A stretch of 64,000 nt of DNA from Candidatus Latescibacterota bacterium. Lineage in GTDB: Bacteria > Latescibacterota > UBA2968 > GCA-2709665. Each line of letters opens with the position of its first letter. Within the stretch, counting starts at the first letter, position 1. Location: assembly GCA_965219455.1 (NCBI GenBank), contig OZ244744.1, positions 3,968,001 through 4,032,000 on the forward strand. The letters run 5' to 3'. The notes beneath the pieces are model-generated. The model ran no database searches and was not told where the DNA came from. It was given only the letters and a program-made list of their open reading frames with translations. This document shows positions 1 through 10,600 of this stretch, piece by piece. Position numbers and translations under genes: made by a program.

Positions 1-291
1 CGCCCCGAACTGAAATCCTTCGCCCGGCAGGACGTCTCGGCGTTTCAGCCGATCTTCAGTCGATTCCACCAGATCCTGGATCTGTATTCCGTAATTCGCC
101 AGCGTTCTCCCCTCCATTGTCAACCCGACGTGGCGGCTGTCCCGGTTGAAAAGGCGGACCCCCAGCGAGCGCTCCAGGTCGGCCACCCCGCTGCTGACGG
201 TGGGCTGCGTTACGTGCAGTTCTCGCGCAGCCCGGCTGAAGCTGTTCGCGCGGGCTACGGCCAGGAAATATTTCAGGTGCTGCAGGTTCAT
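1..291 (-). CDS. LysR-family transcriptional regulator (N-terminal part; runs off the window)
   Basis: Reverse strand from ATG at 291 reads MNLQHLKYFLAVARANSFSRAARELHVTQPTVSSGVADLERSLGVRLFNR, the classic LysR wHTH. It is absent from the ORF track because it is partial. Divergent from ino1. Confidence 0.93.
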   Translation of the reverse strand, partial: MNLQHLKYFLAVARANSFSRAARELHVTQPTVSSGVADLERSLGVRLFNRDSRHVGLTMEGRTLANYGIQIQDLVESTEDRLKRRDVLPGEGFQFGA

Positions 292-317
292 AAACACCCC
301 CTCGGACCGAGAGATCT

Positions 318-332
318 ATAGAAAATGTCTAT
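318..332. promoter_or_regulatory. LysR-type operator (ATAG-N7-CTAT, T-N11-A core)
   Basis: ATAGaaaatgtCTAT lies in the AT-rich divergent intergenic region just upstream of the LysR start. Confidence 0.7.
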
Positions 333-437
333 AAATAATATAGTAATTATTCATTTGTCAAATATATAAAAATTCCTATCTTTTACCCCTGTTTATGTTC
401 ATGACGGCAGATTTTCACCCATTTCAGGAGTTTCTCA

Positions 438-1520
438 ATGGCCGGAAAAGTCCGGGTTGCCATCGTCGGCGTGGGCAACTGCGCATCTTCTCTCGTTCAG
501 GGCGTCCACTATTATAGGGATGCTGACAAAGAAAGCTTTATACCTGGCCTGATGCATCCCGAACTGGGTGGCTATCACGTCAGCGATATCGAATTCTCCG
601 CAGCGTTCGACATCGACAGGAACAAGGTCGGCAAAGACCTCAGCGAGGCGATCTTCACCGACCCCAATAATACCGTCAAATTTGCGGATGTTCCTCACCT
701 CGACGTGCCCGTTCAGCGCGGCATGACCCACGACGGCCTGGGTCGGTATCTCAGCCAGGTCATAAAGAAGGCGGACGGCAGTACCGTGGATGTGGCGGAG
801 GTCCTGAAAGTCACGGGAACCGACGTGGTTGTCAACTATCTCCCGGTAGGCAGCGAAGAAGCCACGAAGTGGTACGTCGAGCAGGTTCTTCAAGCCGGCT
901 GCGGTTTTGTCAACTGCGTGCCCGTCTTTATTGCGAGCGCGGGGCACTGGCCCGAACGCTTTGAAAAGCGCGGCCTTCCCATCATCGGAGACGATATCAA
1001 GTCACAGGTCGGCGCCACCATCGCCCACCGGGTACTCACCCGGCTCTTCCGTGAACGAGGCGTAAAGCTTATGCGCACCTACCAGCTGAACTTCGGCGGG
1101 AATACCGATTTCTACAACATGCTGGAACGTTCCCGACTCGAATCCAAGAAGATCAGCAAAACCAACGCCGTTACCTCTCAGCTGGACTACAACATGGGAG
1201 AGGAGAATGTGCACGTCGGTCCGAGCGATCATGTGCCGTGGCTGGAAGACAGGAAATGGTGCCACATTCGGATGGAGGGTGAGACGTTTGGCGGCGTACC
1301 GCTCAACCTGGAACTGAAGCTGGAAGTCTGGGACTCGCCCAACTCCGCCGGCGTGGTTATCGACGCGGTTCGTTGCTGCAAGCTGGGCCTCGAGCACGGG
1401 CTTAAGGGACCATTGCCGGGTCCCTCCTCCTACTTTATGAAGACCCCGCCCGAACAGTTCAGCGACGATGAGGCTCGGGAACTGGTGGAAGATTTCATTC
1501 TTCAATACGGACGGAAATAG
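438..1520 (+). CDS. ino1: myo-inositol-1-phosphate (inositol-3-phosphate) synthase
   Basis: Motifs [44 protein letters not shown] and WDSPNSAG; RBS AGGAG. Confidence 0.96.
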   Translation: MAGKVRVAIVGVGNCASSLVQGVHYYRDADKESFIPGLMHPELGGYHVSDIEFSAAFDIDRNKVGKDLSEAIFTDPNNTVKFADVPHLDVPVQRGMTHDGLGRYLSQVIKKADGSTVDVAEVLKVTGTDVVVNYLPVGSEEATKWYVEQVLQAGCGFVNCVPVFIASAGHWPERFEKRGLPIIGDDIKSQVGATIAHRVLTRLFRERGVKLMRTYQLNFGGNTDFYNMLERSRLESKKISKTNAVTSQLDYNMGEENVHVGPSDHVPWLEDRKWCHIRMEGETFGGVPLNLELKLEVWDSPNSAGVVIDAVRCCKLGLEHGLKGPLPGPSSYFMKTPPEQFSDDEARELVEDFILQYGRK

Positions 1521-1563
1521 AGGATCCACACCGGTGTGCGACAGGGGTAGTCGTTAATTCAAC

Positions 1564-1599
1564 CAGAAAGGGCCGCCAAATGCCAGGCGGCCCTTTCTG
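1564..1599. terminator. Bidirectional rho-independent terminator
   Basis: CAGAAAGGGCCGCC-8 nt-GGCGGCCCTTTCTG, a perfect 14-bp inverted repeat between convergent genes. Confidence 0.85.
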
Positions 1600-1625
1600 T
1601 ATCTGCGTTCTCCACTCCGCATATC

Positions 1626-3905
1626 TTAAGTGGTGTCAAAAACCATCACCACGAGGATGTCCCCTCCGTCCTGCTGGACGGCCACACCCCAGTGTGTCCA
1701 TTCCTTACCCAGAATTCCCCTTCTGTGTGCCGCGCTCAGCATCATAAATGTATATACCTCCTCGACGGAAGGACCCCGGGCGAAACTCTCCGCGCCCCCT
1801 TGCGTCCGATCGGGCGTGAAGGCGTCGGACGAAAGTACGTCCCATATTTTTGCCCGGGCGAACTCCATCAGCCGCGGATGCGACTCGAGGATCGGCAATT
1901 CCAGACGGCTGCGCGCCGCATGGATCATCTGTGCAAGCCGGTCTCGGGCATCATCCGCGTCCCGAAACGGAATGACCGCAAGGACCATCTTTCCAAGCGG
2001 TGGCGGATCCCCTACGACCAGCGGCCGGTCTTCGACCACGACGGATCCGAGGGTGAGTTGCGCCAGGACCTGCACCCGGTAATGACCGGATGTTGCAAAA
2101 ACACTTTCCGGAAACACGCCGTGAAAGCGTTCTTTCTCACGTTCGACGGGAATTTCAAAAACATCCCCATCGGGCAACCGGAAAACCGCCACCCGAAGGT
2201 GTTCGACGTCGGAATGTACGGCGCCAGCCACCGTGAGGCGATCCTCCGGCTCCAGCCGTCCGGGCGTCTCATCGATTTCGGCAAGATCAGCTTTTATGGA
2301 ACCCCAGTACCTGTAGGCGTTGACGAACGTCTTGATCTGCGTCCCATCCGGAAACGCCTCAACCTGGTTGCCTTCGGCGTCGCTCTGAGAACGCCGGCCA
2401 TCCGGAAACATCTCCAGCCGGTTGCCCTGAGCGTCGGTCTGTACCTCCCGGCCATCCGGAAACACCTCCAGACGGACGCCGTCCGCGCCGGTTTGCGCCT
2501 CACGCCCGTCGGGAAATATCTCCACGACCAGTCCGTCTGCGTGGTGTTCCACGCGGGTGCCGTCCGGCTTCCGGATCACCGTGGAACCATCCTTCAAAAC
2601 CGTTCGCCGGGTCCCGTCAATAAAGAACTCCACCCGCTCGCCGTCCGGGCCCCGTTGCACGCGCCGCCCGTCCGCGAATTCCTCGAGTACGGTCCCGTCC
2701 GCGGAGACGGTCAGCCGACGGCCATTCGGGAATACCGTCACGCGGTGGCCTTCGCTGGTTACGGCCACCCTTCGCCCGTCCGCATGCCGCGTTTCCCTCA
2801 TTCCCTCGGGAAGGGTCATCTCCACGGTTCCATTCTTGCGTTTAACGTGAAGGGTGCCGTCCGCAAACCGCGTCTTCTCCGTGCCATCCGGAAAAATCGT
2901 CCGCTTTGTTCCGGTCTTGAAGCGTTGGACGATCCGCCCGTCGGCAAACCGCTCTTCCCGATTTCCGTCCGCAAACGCGGCGGCGATTCTTCCGTCGGGA
3001 TGCGTCACCTGCACATTGCCCCTCACGTCGGTCATCTCGATCCTGCCGTCGGCATAGTATTTTTCTCGTGCCCCGTCGGGCAATGTCACTTCCACGCGTC
3101 CGTCGGGGAAAACCATTCGTTGCCTGCCATCCGGAAACGTGGTCCACTCGCGACCGTCTCTGTATTTTCGCTTGCGCAGGCCCGAACCGGGCATCGTCTT
3201 GCTTCTGGGTTTTGGCCACACGCCTGCCAGTACCCGCAGATACCCCTCCGGAGGCATCTCGGCGCGTTCGCCAGACCGGTGCCGGACTCTGGGAAACAGA
3301 CTCTGATGGATACCCAGGACATCCTCCAGAAGCAGCCGGTTTTCAACCGGACTTCCGCCAGGCAAAGCCAGTTCGTTATATACGGCGGGATGCAGGTGCA
3401 GATACAAATACTGAAATCTGCCCAGCGTATCGCCGTTGCCGACCACCGTGCCGTCTCCAATCACGACGGCAACCATCACCCCCGCGATGGTCCGGCCTTC
3501 GGACAGCCATCCTGTCGAAACCCGATATTCCCTGTCCTGCCACCGGACGGTCAGGTTTTCTATGGACCATACCGTATCCATCCGCACCGCGTAATTCCGA
3601 AACGGCACGAGGATCAGATCCCGTGCGACGACCCGGGGCGACGAAACCAGAGGCCACCACGACCGGTTCGTCTCCTCGTTGGTCGCGCTGTCCCGCCCCA
3701 CCCGGATCAACTTTCCTTCGGAAACGACAGCTTCCCCCGTATATCCGCCCGCGGCTTCCACGTAATCGCCCACGGTCCATTCCGGCCGGTGGATGTACGG
3801 ACCTGGACGCTCCACGGCGCCGGACAGGGTAACCACGGGCTCTTCTCCCGCACAAGCCGACAGAACCAATGTCAGTGCGAGCCAGGCTGGCAGGTTTCTT
3901 TTCAT
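1626..3905 (-). CDS. Lipoprotein: SLBB domain + Tcp10_C-like beta-hairpin repeats + C-terminal CAP/SCP-like domain
   Basis: Lipobox LSAC; SLBB-like VTLSGAVERPGPY..TVGDYVEAAGG; ~31 nine-residue xxFPDG repeats; CAP-like C-terminus (MMLSAAHRRGIL..WTHWGVAV). Start chosen at MKRNL after a GGGGAG RBS. Confidence 0.8.
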   Translation of the reverse strand: MKRNLPAWLALTLVLSACAGEEPVVTLSGAVERPGPYIHRPEWTVGDYVEAAGGYTGEAVVSEGKLIRVGRDSATNEETNRSWWPLVSSPRVVARDLILVPFRNYAVRMDTVWSIENLTVRWQDREYRVSTGWLSEGRTIAGVMVAVVIGDGTVVGNGDTLGRFQYLYLHLHPAVYNELALPGGSPVENRLLLEDVLGIHQSLFPRVRHRSGERAEMPPEGYLRVLAGVWPKPRSKTMPGSGLRKRKYRDGREWTTFPDGRQRMVFPDGRVEVTLPDGAREKYYADGRIEMTDVRGNVQVTHPDGRIAAAFADGNREERFADGRIVQRFKTGTKRTIFPDGTEKTRFADGTLHVKRKNGTVEMTLPEGMRETRHADGRRVAVTSEGHRVTVFPNGRRLTVSADGTVLEEFADGRRVQRGPDGERVEFFIDGTRRTVLKDGSTVIRKPDGTRVEHHADGLVVEIFPDGREAQTGADGVRLEVFPDGREVQTDAQGNRLEMFPDGRRSQSDAEGNQVEAFPDGTQIKTFVNAYRYWGSIKADLAEIDETPGRLEPEDRLTVAGAVHSDVEHLRVAVFRLPDGDVFEIPVEREKERFHGVFPESVFATSGHYRVQVLAQLTLGSVVVEDRPLVVGDPPPLGKMVLAVIPFRDADDARDRLAQMIHAARSRLELPILESHPRLMEFARAKIWDVLSSDAFTPDRTQGGAESFARGPSVEEVYTFMMLSAAHRRGILGKEWTHWGVAVQQDGGDILVVMVFDTT

Positions 3906-4006
3906 GGATCGCTCCCCGACAAACGATGTTGACGTGCCGGAATCCGCGGCCCTCACCGGGTTCTCCGGATTCGCCTTTGTCCCCGGCTTTCAATGCCCGG
4001 AGCCGC

Positions 4007-6469
4007 CTACCTGATACTCAATCTCGTGGTTCCCGATGTCTTCTGTCCTGACACCTGGTCCGTTACGGTCACTGTCAGGTACTTTTCTCCCGGATCGGAA
4101 GCCGACATGTCCAACTCCACGTATCCCTGGTCGTCTATACGACGGCCAATATGGGCGTACTCGATTGAAATCGACGCCTGATTGTGTTGCCGAACGTCCA
4201 GCAGCTTGCCGATTCCGCTCAGAATACGGGCACCCACCGATTCGCTCAGCGCCGACCGCATTTCGTAGGACACCCGGAACCGCGTCGCTCCGAACTCGTC
4301 CCGCTTCAGATTGTAGACTTCATAGTAAATAAAAACCGATTGCCCTCGTTCATACGCCCGCGTGGGATTGGGAATGACCTGGATGTCTCCCTTGCGGAAT
4401 CGATCACCGTCCGCCGGACGGATCGACGCGGCCATTTGAATGCCGCTCATCCTCAGATACCCCTTGGGATACGGCGGCAACACGACCTGCTGCTGGTAGA
4501 CCTGCGATCTGCCCGTACCGATCTCCAGAACCTGGACGGACATCCGGTATCTGCCGGGCGGCGCCGAAACCCGGAACATCTCCGGAACGTAGGCTTTTCG
4601 CGCCGTATCCGACGGCGCATCGGCGAAAAGCTCAAACTCCCCGTCTCTCCGAAGCACCCGCTCATTCGACTCGTTGTATAGCGCCACGCCCTTTTTCAGT
4701 TTGGCCGTGGGTTTTCTGTCGGACCCCGGCGAGAAGGAAAGCTCCCATAGCGGAATTCCATAGTACACCTCGAGATTTGAGGCGTCCTGCGCCCCCTTGA
4801 AGCCCGCCGAGTCAAAAAAATACGCCAGCGGCCCAGAGGCGAACGTGGGCCGGTAGAGTACGGGCACGCGACGCCCCACCTGGTCCAGCAGCAATTTTGG
4901 ATTCAAACGCTGCCACGTATAGAGGTGGCGGGAGTGCCCGCCCTTCCCGCTCGGCATATCGGCGAATTTGAAAGCCGTCTGTCCCAACGTGCGCGTGAAC
5001 GTAATCTCCATCCCGGGCCCCACGTCCGTATAAATCCAGTATTCCCACACCTTCCCGTAAACGGGATACACCGGCCAGCCCAGAATGCTGGACGCCATCC
5101 GTAACTTGCCGGAGAGATCCCCCGAGCCGTCGCTCAACGGGACCGCCCTGTAGCCGCCATCCGCCGTCCGGGTGACGCCCGCCGCCTCCGTCTCGCGCAG
5201 AGTCTCGCTGACGGGTCCTAAAACATCCGCCTGGCCGATCCCTCCCTCCCTTCCACCGAAGGAAGTCGTTTCGCTGTTTCGGACCCTGAGCATCTGGGAT
5301 ACCGCATCGCCGGCCTGAAGGGCGATCCGCTCCTTGATTCTGATCGCCTTCGGATCCGTTTCGAATCGGATATTGTCGGAACTGCTTACGTGGGCGGGTT
5401 GGCCGTACCGGACATAGACGCCGCCGCGCACGTCCCAGGGGAACCGATCCTTTCCGAAATGCTCCAACGAGTAGGCCACACGCCGGTAATGCTCCAGTTT
5501 GCGCTCATTCGCGGCCGTCGCGGGGGCAGGGTCTCGGCCCGCCCAGTACTGCTCGGAAAGCGCTTTCCACTCCGTCGCTGGCGCCGCATCGAACCTTTCG
5601 CGCTCCTCCTCCGCCACTTTGCGCAAGTCGTAATATACGGCCTGCGTATCCGGCTCCAGGCCTTCCAGATGCCGGTCGAACAGGACGTCGGCCCGGTCGT
5701 ATTCGCGTTGCTTCATGTAGACTTCGGCAAGCGCCAACAGCGACCGCTGCTGATAAGGATTGGGCGATTCCACAAGTGGTATCAGAAGCGGCACGGCCTC
5801 TTCAGTTCTTTCCAGTTCCGTCAATACCTCCCCCAGGTTCAGACGCGATTCCTGATGATCCGGATTCACCTCCAGTTGTCTCCGTAGCGCTGCCTCCGCC
5901 TTTTCATGCCGGACATATTCTCCTGCTTCACCATTCTTGTGAATTCGCCCGATCTGGAACCACACGTCCGGATGGTCCGGAACGATCCTTGCGAGCCGCC
6001 TGTAGGCCGTCAACTCCTTGGTGTCTCCGATGCGTCGATACGCACGGGCCAGATTGTAGTAGGCCTCGGCAAAGGATCGATCCACCGAAATCGCGTCCTG
6101 GAAGTACCTGATTGCCCATAGCAACCCCTTTTCCTTCCGCATATACACCAGCCCCAACCCATTGTGGGCGGGCGCGAATTTCCGTTTCCTGCGCCTGGCA
6201 TCCATAAACGCGTCTTCGGCCGCATCCAGGTCGCCTCGTTTCAAATACACGTGGCCCATGCCCACCAGCGAGGGTGCATGTTTCTTATTGATACGCAGCG
6301 CTTTCCTGAATTTCATCAGCGCGGCGTCCATATCTTTCGCCTCGAAAAGCTGCATGCCCTCGCTGTAATGCGCGTCAACCGGGTTCTGAAGGGAATCGGT
6401 CGACGCGGCGTGGGTATCCCTGGCCGTGCCCAGGCCGATAACAACGGCGAAAACCAGAACGTATTTCAT
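4007..6469 (-). CDS. Secreted TPR + GWxTD-domain protein
   Basis: Signal peptide, multiple TPRs, YWAGRDPAPATAANERKLEHYRRVAY..PWDVRGGVYVRYGQP, WEYWIY, and a C-terminal Ig-like region (VFIYYEVYNL). Confidence 0.85.
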   Translation of the reverse strand: MKYVLVFAVVIGLGTARDTHAASTDSLQNPVDAHYSEGMQLFEAKDMDAALMKFRKALRINKKHAPSLVGMGHVYLKRGDLDAAEDAFMDARRRKRKFAPAHNGLGLVYMRKEKGLLWAIRYFQDAISVDRSFAEAYYNLARAYRRIGDTKELTAYRRLARIVPDHPDVWFQIGRIHKNGEAGEYVRHEKAEAALRRQLEVNPDHQESRLNLGEVLTELERTEEAVPLLIPLVESPNPYQQRSLLALAEVYMKQREYDRADVLFDRHLEGLEPDTQAVYYDLRKVAEEERERFDAAPATEWKALSEQYWAGRDPAPATAANERKLEHYRRVAYSLEHFGKDRFPWDVRGGVYVRYGQPAHVSSSDNIRFETDPKAIRIKERIALQAGDAVSQMLRVRNSETTSFGGREGGIGQADVLGPVSETLRETEAAGVTRTADGGYRAVPLSDGSGDLSGKLRMASSILGWPVYPVYGKVWEYWIYTDVGPGMEITFTRTLGQTAFKFADMPSGKGGHSRHLYTWQRLNPKLLLDQVGRRVPVLYRPTFASGPLAYFFDSAGFKGAQDASNLEVYYGIPLWELSFSPGSDRKPTAKLKKGVALYNESNERVLRRDGEFELFADAPSDTARKAYVPEMFRVSAPPGRYRMSVQVLEIGTGRSQVYQQQVVLPPYPKGYLRMSGIQMAASIRPADGDRFRKGDIQVIPNPTRAYERGQSVFIYYEVYNLKRDEFGATRFRVSYEMRSALSESVGARILSGIGKLLDVRQHNQASISIEYAHIGRRIDDQGYVELDMSASDPGEKYLTVTVTDQVSGQKTSGTTRLSIR

Positions 6470-6514
6470 CTTCCAACCCTCCCCACGGAAACGCTGTGGC
6501 ACGCCAACGCCGGA

Positions 6515-7378
6515 TCAGCGCCACGCAAGCGGACCCATTTCCGAGGCGCGTGACACGTCTACCAGTTCGGCCGCGGTCGCCGCTCCGCTCGAGATCGTGC
6601 TGACTCTGGAGTCGGCGAGGACATACCGGAATGCATTCCGCGGTACGGTCCCGGGTTCGTCCCGGAGACGTCGGATGATCCCTTCGGCTCTGGCGCGTTC
6701 CCCGTGACCTTCCAGATTTTCAAGCGCTGCCCTGCGACGGGGGGCATCGGCAAATAGCCCGCCGGCGAGCACGGTAGCAACGACAATGCCCATCCCACTT
6801 TCGGCGGCTGCCGGTATGACCTCTTCGGCGGCCTCTTGCGAACAGGGGTGGTAATCGTGGAAGACGAGCAGGGAATCGAACTCCCCCGTACGGGCAACAC
6901 GCGCCAGCAGGGGGATGGCCCGGTCCGTTATGCCGATACGGTCGCACAGGCCGCGTGTTTGCGCGTCTCGCAACCCCTCGAGGGTCCCGCCCCGTTCCAT
7001 GATGCGCTCCCATCCCGCCGCGCTCACCTGATGGATCTGGACGGAGAAGAGCTTCGAAAGACGAAGGCGACGAAGACTGCGTTCGACGCTTCGAAGCACG
7101 CTATCCCGGCGATAGTCGAAATCTTCGGGATCAAATCCAACCTTCGTGGCGACGTGCATCCGCGATTGCGCGGCTTCGAGGGCGTAGCCGAATAGCGCTT
7201 CGCTATTTCCGTATAGCGGCGCGGTGTCGATATAGTTGATTCCCAGCTCTTCCGCGCGACGCACGATCTCGACCGCGTTTTCCCGCGCGCGTTCGGGATT
7301 CGATCCGCCGATGTATGCGCCGCCCAGACTGACCTCGCTGACCCGGATGCCCGTATTGCCGAACGGACGGTATTCCAT
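6515..7378 (-). CDS. Aldo/keto reductase
   Basis: MEYRPFGNTGIRVSEVSLG, GINYIDTAPLYG, VATKVG, SVERSLRRL. Confidence 0.92.
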   Translation of the reverse strand: MEYRPFGNTGIRVSEVSLGGAYIGGSNPERARENAVEIVRRAEELGINYIDTAPLYGNSEALFGYALEAAQSRMHVATKVGFDPEDFDYRRDSVLRSVERSLRRLRLSKLFSVQIHQVSAAGWERIMERGGTLEGLRDAQTRGLCDRIGITDRAIPLLARVARTGEFDSLLVFHDYHPCSQEAAEEVIPAAAESGMGIVVATVLAGGLFADAPRRRAALENLEGHGERARAEGIIRRLRDEPGTVPRNAFRYVLADSRVSTISSGAATAAELVDVSRASEMGPLAWR

Positions 7379-7621
7379 GTTCCCTCCTGATTGAAGTACT
7401 TATGCCCAAAAGATAGCCGAACGAAGCCGGTCACGCAAGATGTCGGGGGTCCATGCATTGACCGTGCGTAGGCGCTCGCGTGCCCTGTAGATGCCACGGC
7501 TGACAGGGTACGACTATACATTTGACCTCAAACAGGGTATATTCCCATAGATCTGCGTTTTCGCGGCTCATCGACAGCACCTGCGCCGGCCGGCGCAGCG
7601 GCTCGACAAAGGATCGTGGAA

Positions 7622-10600
7622 ATGTACCCTCGCGTGCTTGCCCTTCTCCTTCTCTTCGTACTCTCAGCAACGCCCCCGTACGCAAACTCCGCGTCAACCC
7701 CACCCGTATACAGCGCCCTTAAGAATCTGTACCTGACCACCGTACTGGTGGAGAACGGGCGGGCAGCCGCCATTATCGTGGTTCCCTCAAGCGGAATCTA
7801 CGACGCAGACGCGGTGCGAATCCAGCGGGCGATTCTCGCCCGGACCGGGGTGGAGGTACCGGTGGCGCGGGACGATTCACCTGCCGGGTCCGTGCCGATT
7901 GCGGAAAACCTGATTGTGCTCGGCAACAGGTCCACGAATCGCACCATTGCGGGGCTGTACGACCGCTATTACATACTGCTGGACCTGAAATATCCCGGAC
8001 CTGACGGCCACGTCGTGCGGTCTCTCCACAATCCCTTCGGGAACGGGCGCAATGTGATTGCAGTCGGTGGGAGCGATGCCGCCGGCGTGGCCAAGGCGAC
8101 AGATGTGTTTATTCGAAAGCTCGCCGGAGATCCCGGCAGTGGCGCCGGCCTGTCGGTCGGGTGGCTGGCGGAAATCCGTCTTGGAAACGGGATGCAGGTA
8201 CCGGAGGCGCTTCAGGATTTTGAGACCTGGGAGGCATCCGCGGGTTACCGGTCCGTGGGATATTTCGGGTGGAACAGCATCAGCAAGCATATGGCGATGT
8301 ATTATATGACCGGTGAAGAACACCACGCGCAAGAGTTTCTGCGGCTTGCCTTTCCCGACGCGGAGGCAAGGGCCCGGATTGCGGCGATCGACGGCGAAAG
8401 GATCGAGAACAAGGATGCGCCCCTCAGCGGCCCGTACCATTACACCGCGCATATGATGATCCTGTACTGGGATCTGATCGAGGAAAGCCCGGTCTTCACG
8501 GACGAACAACGATTGAGGATCACCAACGCGTTTGCGAAGCAATTTGAGCACGATCCCTATGGCCAGAGCAGGACGGCTATGATCGTACGAAACCTGGATA
8601 TGGGCAGAGAGGCATATGACACGCCGCCCTCCGGAGTAGGTACCCGGCATCACCAGTGGGCTGCCATAGCGCTCTACTGCCTCGGCCGGTACTTCCAGAA
8701 GGACTACCCGAACCCGCTCTGGCAGCACTGCATGTGGGCGGCTGAATGGCAATTCTCTCCATTGCGTCACCACGCATGGGTGATGGGCGAAGCCGATAAT
8801 CTATATTGGTACAGTACCGGCATTGCCCCGATTTTCACGTATCTGCTGATTTCGGGGGATCGGGCGCCGCTACGGAACGGCGTTCTGGTGACGCTGCTGC
8901 GCGGGCAGGAGATGCTCATATCCGGACGGGAGCCGGACTGGGCCCTTCGCTATGCCTCTTTAGGTTACCTGCACAAGGCAGCGTATCTCACGGGTGACGG
9001 CCGGTTTGTGGAATACGCCCGCCGGACCGGGGTGGCCATGGATGGTTTCCGGCTGGGCCAATCGTTCTGGCCGGAGCCTGGCCTTGTCCCGGAACAACCC
9101 ACCGATCTTACCCAAAAATGGAGTATCCTCGAGGTACCGGAGCCATTTTGGGAACGACGTGGGAGTGGGTTGCCGCTGTCGGACTCGTTTCAATTCGGGA
9201 GCTTTCGAAGTACAACCGACGCGGCGGGCGATTTTATCCTGATCGACGGACTGAACGGAGCGTCCCGAAATCCCTACCACTCGTTCGCGGTTCTGGAACT
9301 CCGCCTGGACGGGGAAACTGTACTCGAGGGGTACGGAAATCAGGTGCTGACGGTGGCCGACGGGCTGGTGGAGCCGCACAGCCCGATGGACGCGGCGCTT
9401 CGATATCGGGACGTGTTGGGCCGGACAGCCGTCGCCGTCGCCGGGGTGCCCGATGCGTCGTTCTGTAGTTGGCGCCGCGCCCTGGTGCAACGCGTGGGGA
9501 AGTATGCGTTGTTTGTGGATCGACTGAAATTCCGTGTGGACAGCGCGAATCTCGAAGTGAGGACCGAATGGACGGGGCCGGGACGATGGCGTTCGATCTC
9601 AGCGGGCGGCGAGTCGTACATCGAAAGCGGCGCTACTCGTTTCGGGATCCGCGCCTCCGACCCGGTTGAGATTGTGCTCAATGGCAGAACGGCATCCCTG
9701 GTGTGGACGGGTTCCGTATCGTCAGGTGAGGAGCGCGCGTTCTATTCGCTGATTGCCGGAAACGGCACGGCTGAAGCGCCGGTTGCCTGTGTGCGGCTCG
9801 GCGCGCAGGCGGCGGCACTGGGCCTTCCCGAACCTGCGATTGCCGTCGGTGGAGAGTACGCCCGCATTCAGGGCGACATCGTTCTGCTGGCCAGCGACCA
9901 CCTCTTCGGGAAAGATCTGAAATCCGCGGGGATGGAGGCGGTTCTTTTTACATCGGATGCGCCGGTTGATCTGGACTGGGATTTTTCCACCGCATCCATG
10001 GTGCTCACAACAAGATACGAGACAAGCATCAGCGCAGCGTTTGCTGAACCGTCGGACGTCCGGATCGATGGCGTTCCGTTGCCGCTCCGTGCCGTTTCCG
10101 ATAGCGGCGCCGTGTTCCAGGTGGCGAAGGGTCGGCATATATTGACAGGCGCGGCACCGGATCCGGATGTGCTCGCCGGAACGGTCGACGGCCTCAGGGA
10201 GCTTTTGTCGCAGGCCCTCACGGCGCGCCGGCGGGATGCGGAGATTCATGTCACGCCAGCAGCGCCGGACGGTCCACCCGCGCCTCTATTTCTGAAAACG
10301 CGGATCGGCGGTGCGGTGGCGGACATGATTTCCTTCGAAGCCGATGGTAGGAACTGGGTCGGAGTCGCCGAGGACAGAGGGGTACATCTGCTGACTTCGG
10401 ACGGGCGGGAGGGTCGGTTTTTCGGTACGGACGGGCCGGTCCGGGTGCTTCGCTGGTGGGACGCCTTCCAGTTGCTGCTTGTCGGATGCAGGGACGAACA
10501 GGTTATTGCGTTCGACCTGGAAGGAAGACGCCGGTGGACGTTTGTGTCCGAAATGCACCCGGCGGTCTACCAGGCCGGGAAGACCTACTGGTTCAAGACC

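Noticed and set aside
1692-3932. 746-aa + strand ORF
   Set aside because: Antisense shadow of the repeat lipoprotein. It has no motifs, and its length is explained by high GC and the repeat's codon pattern.
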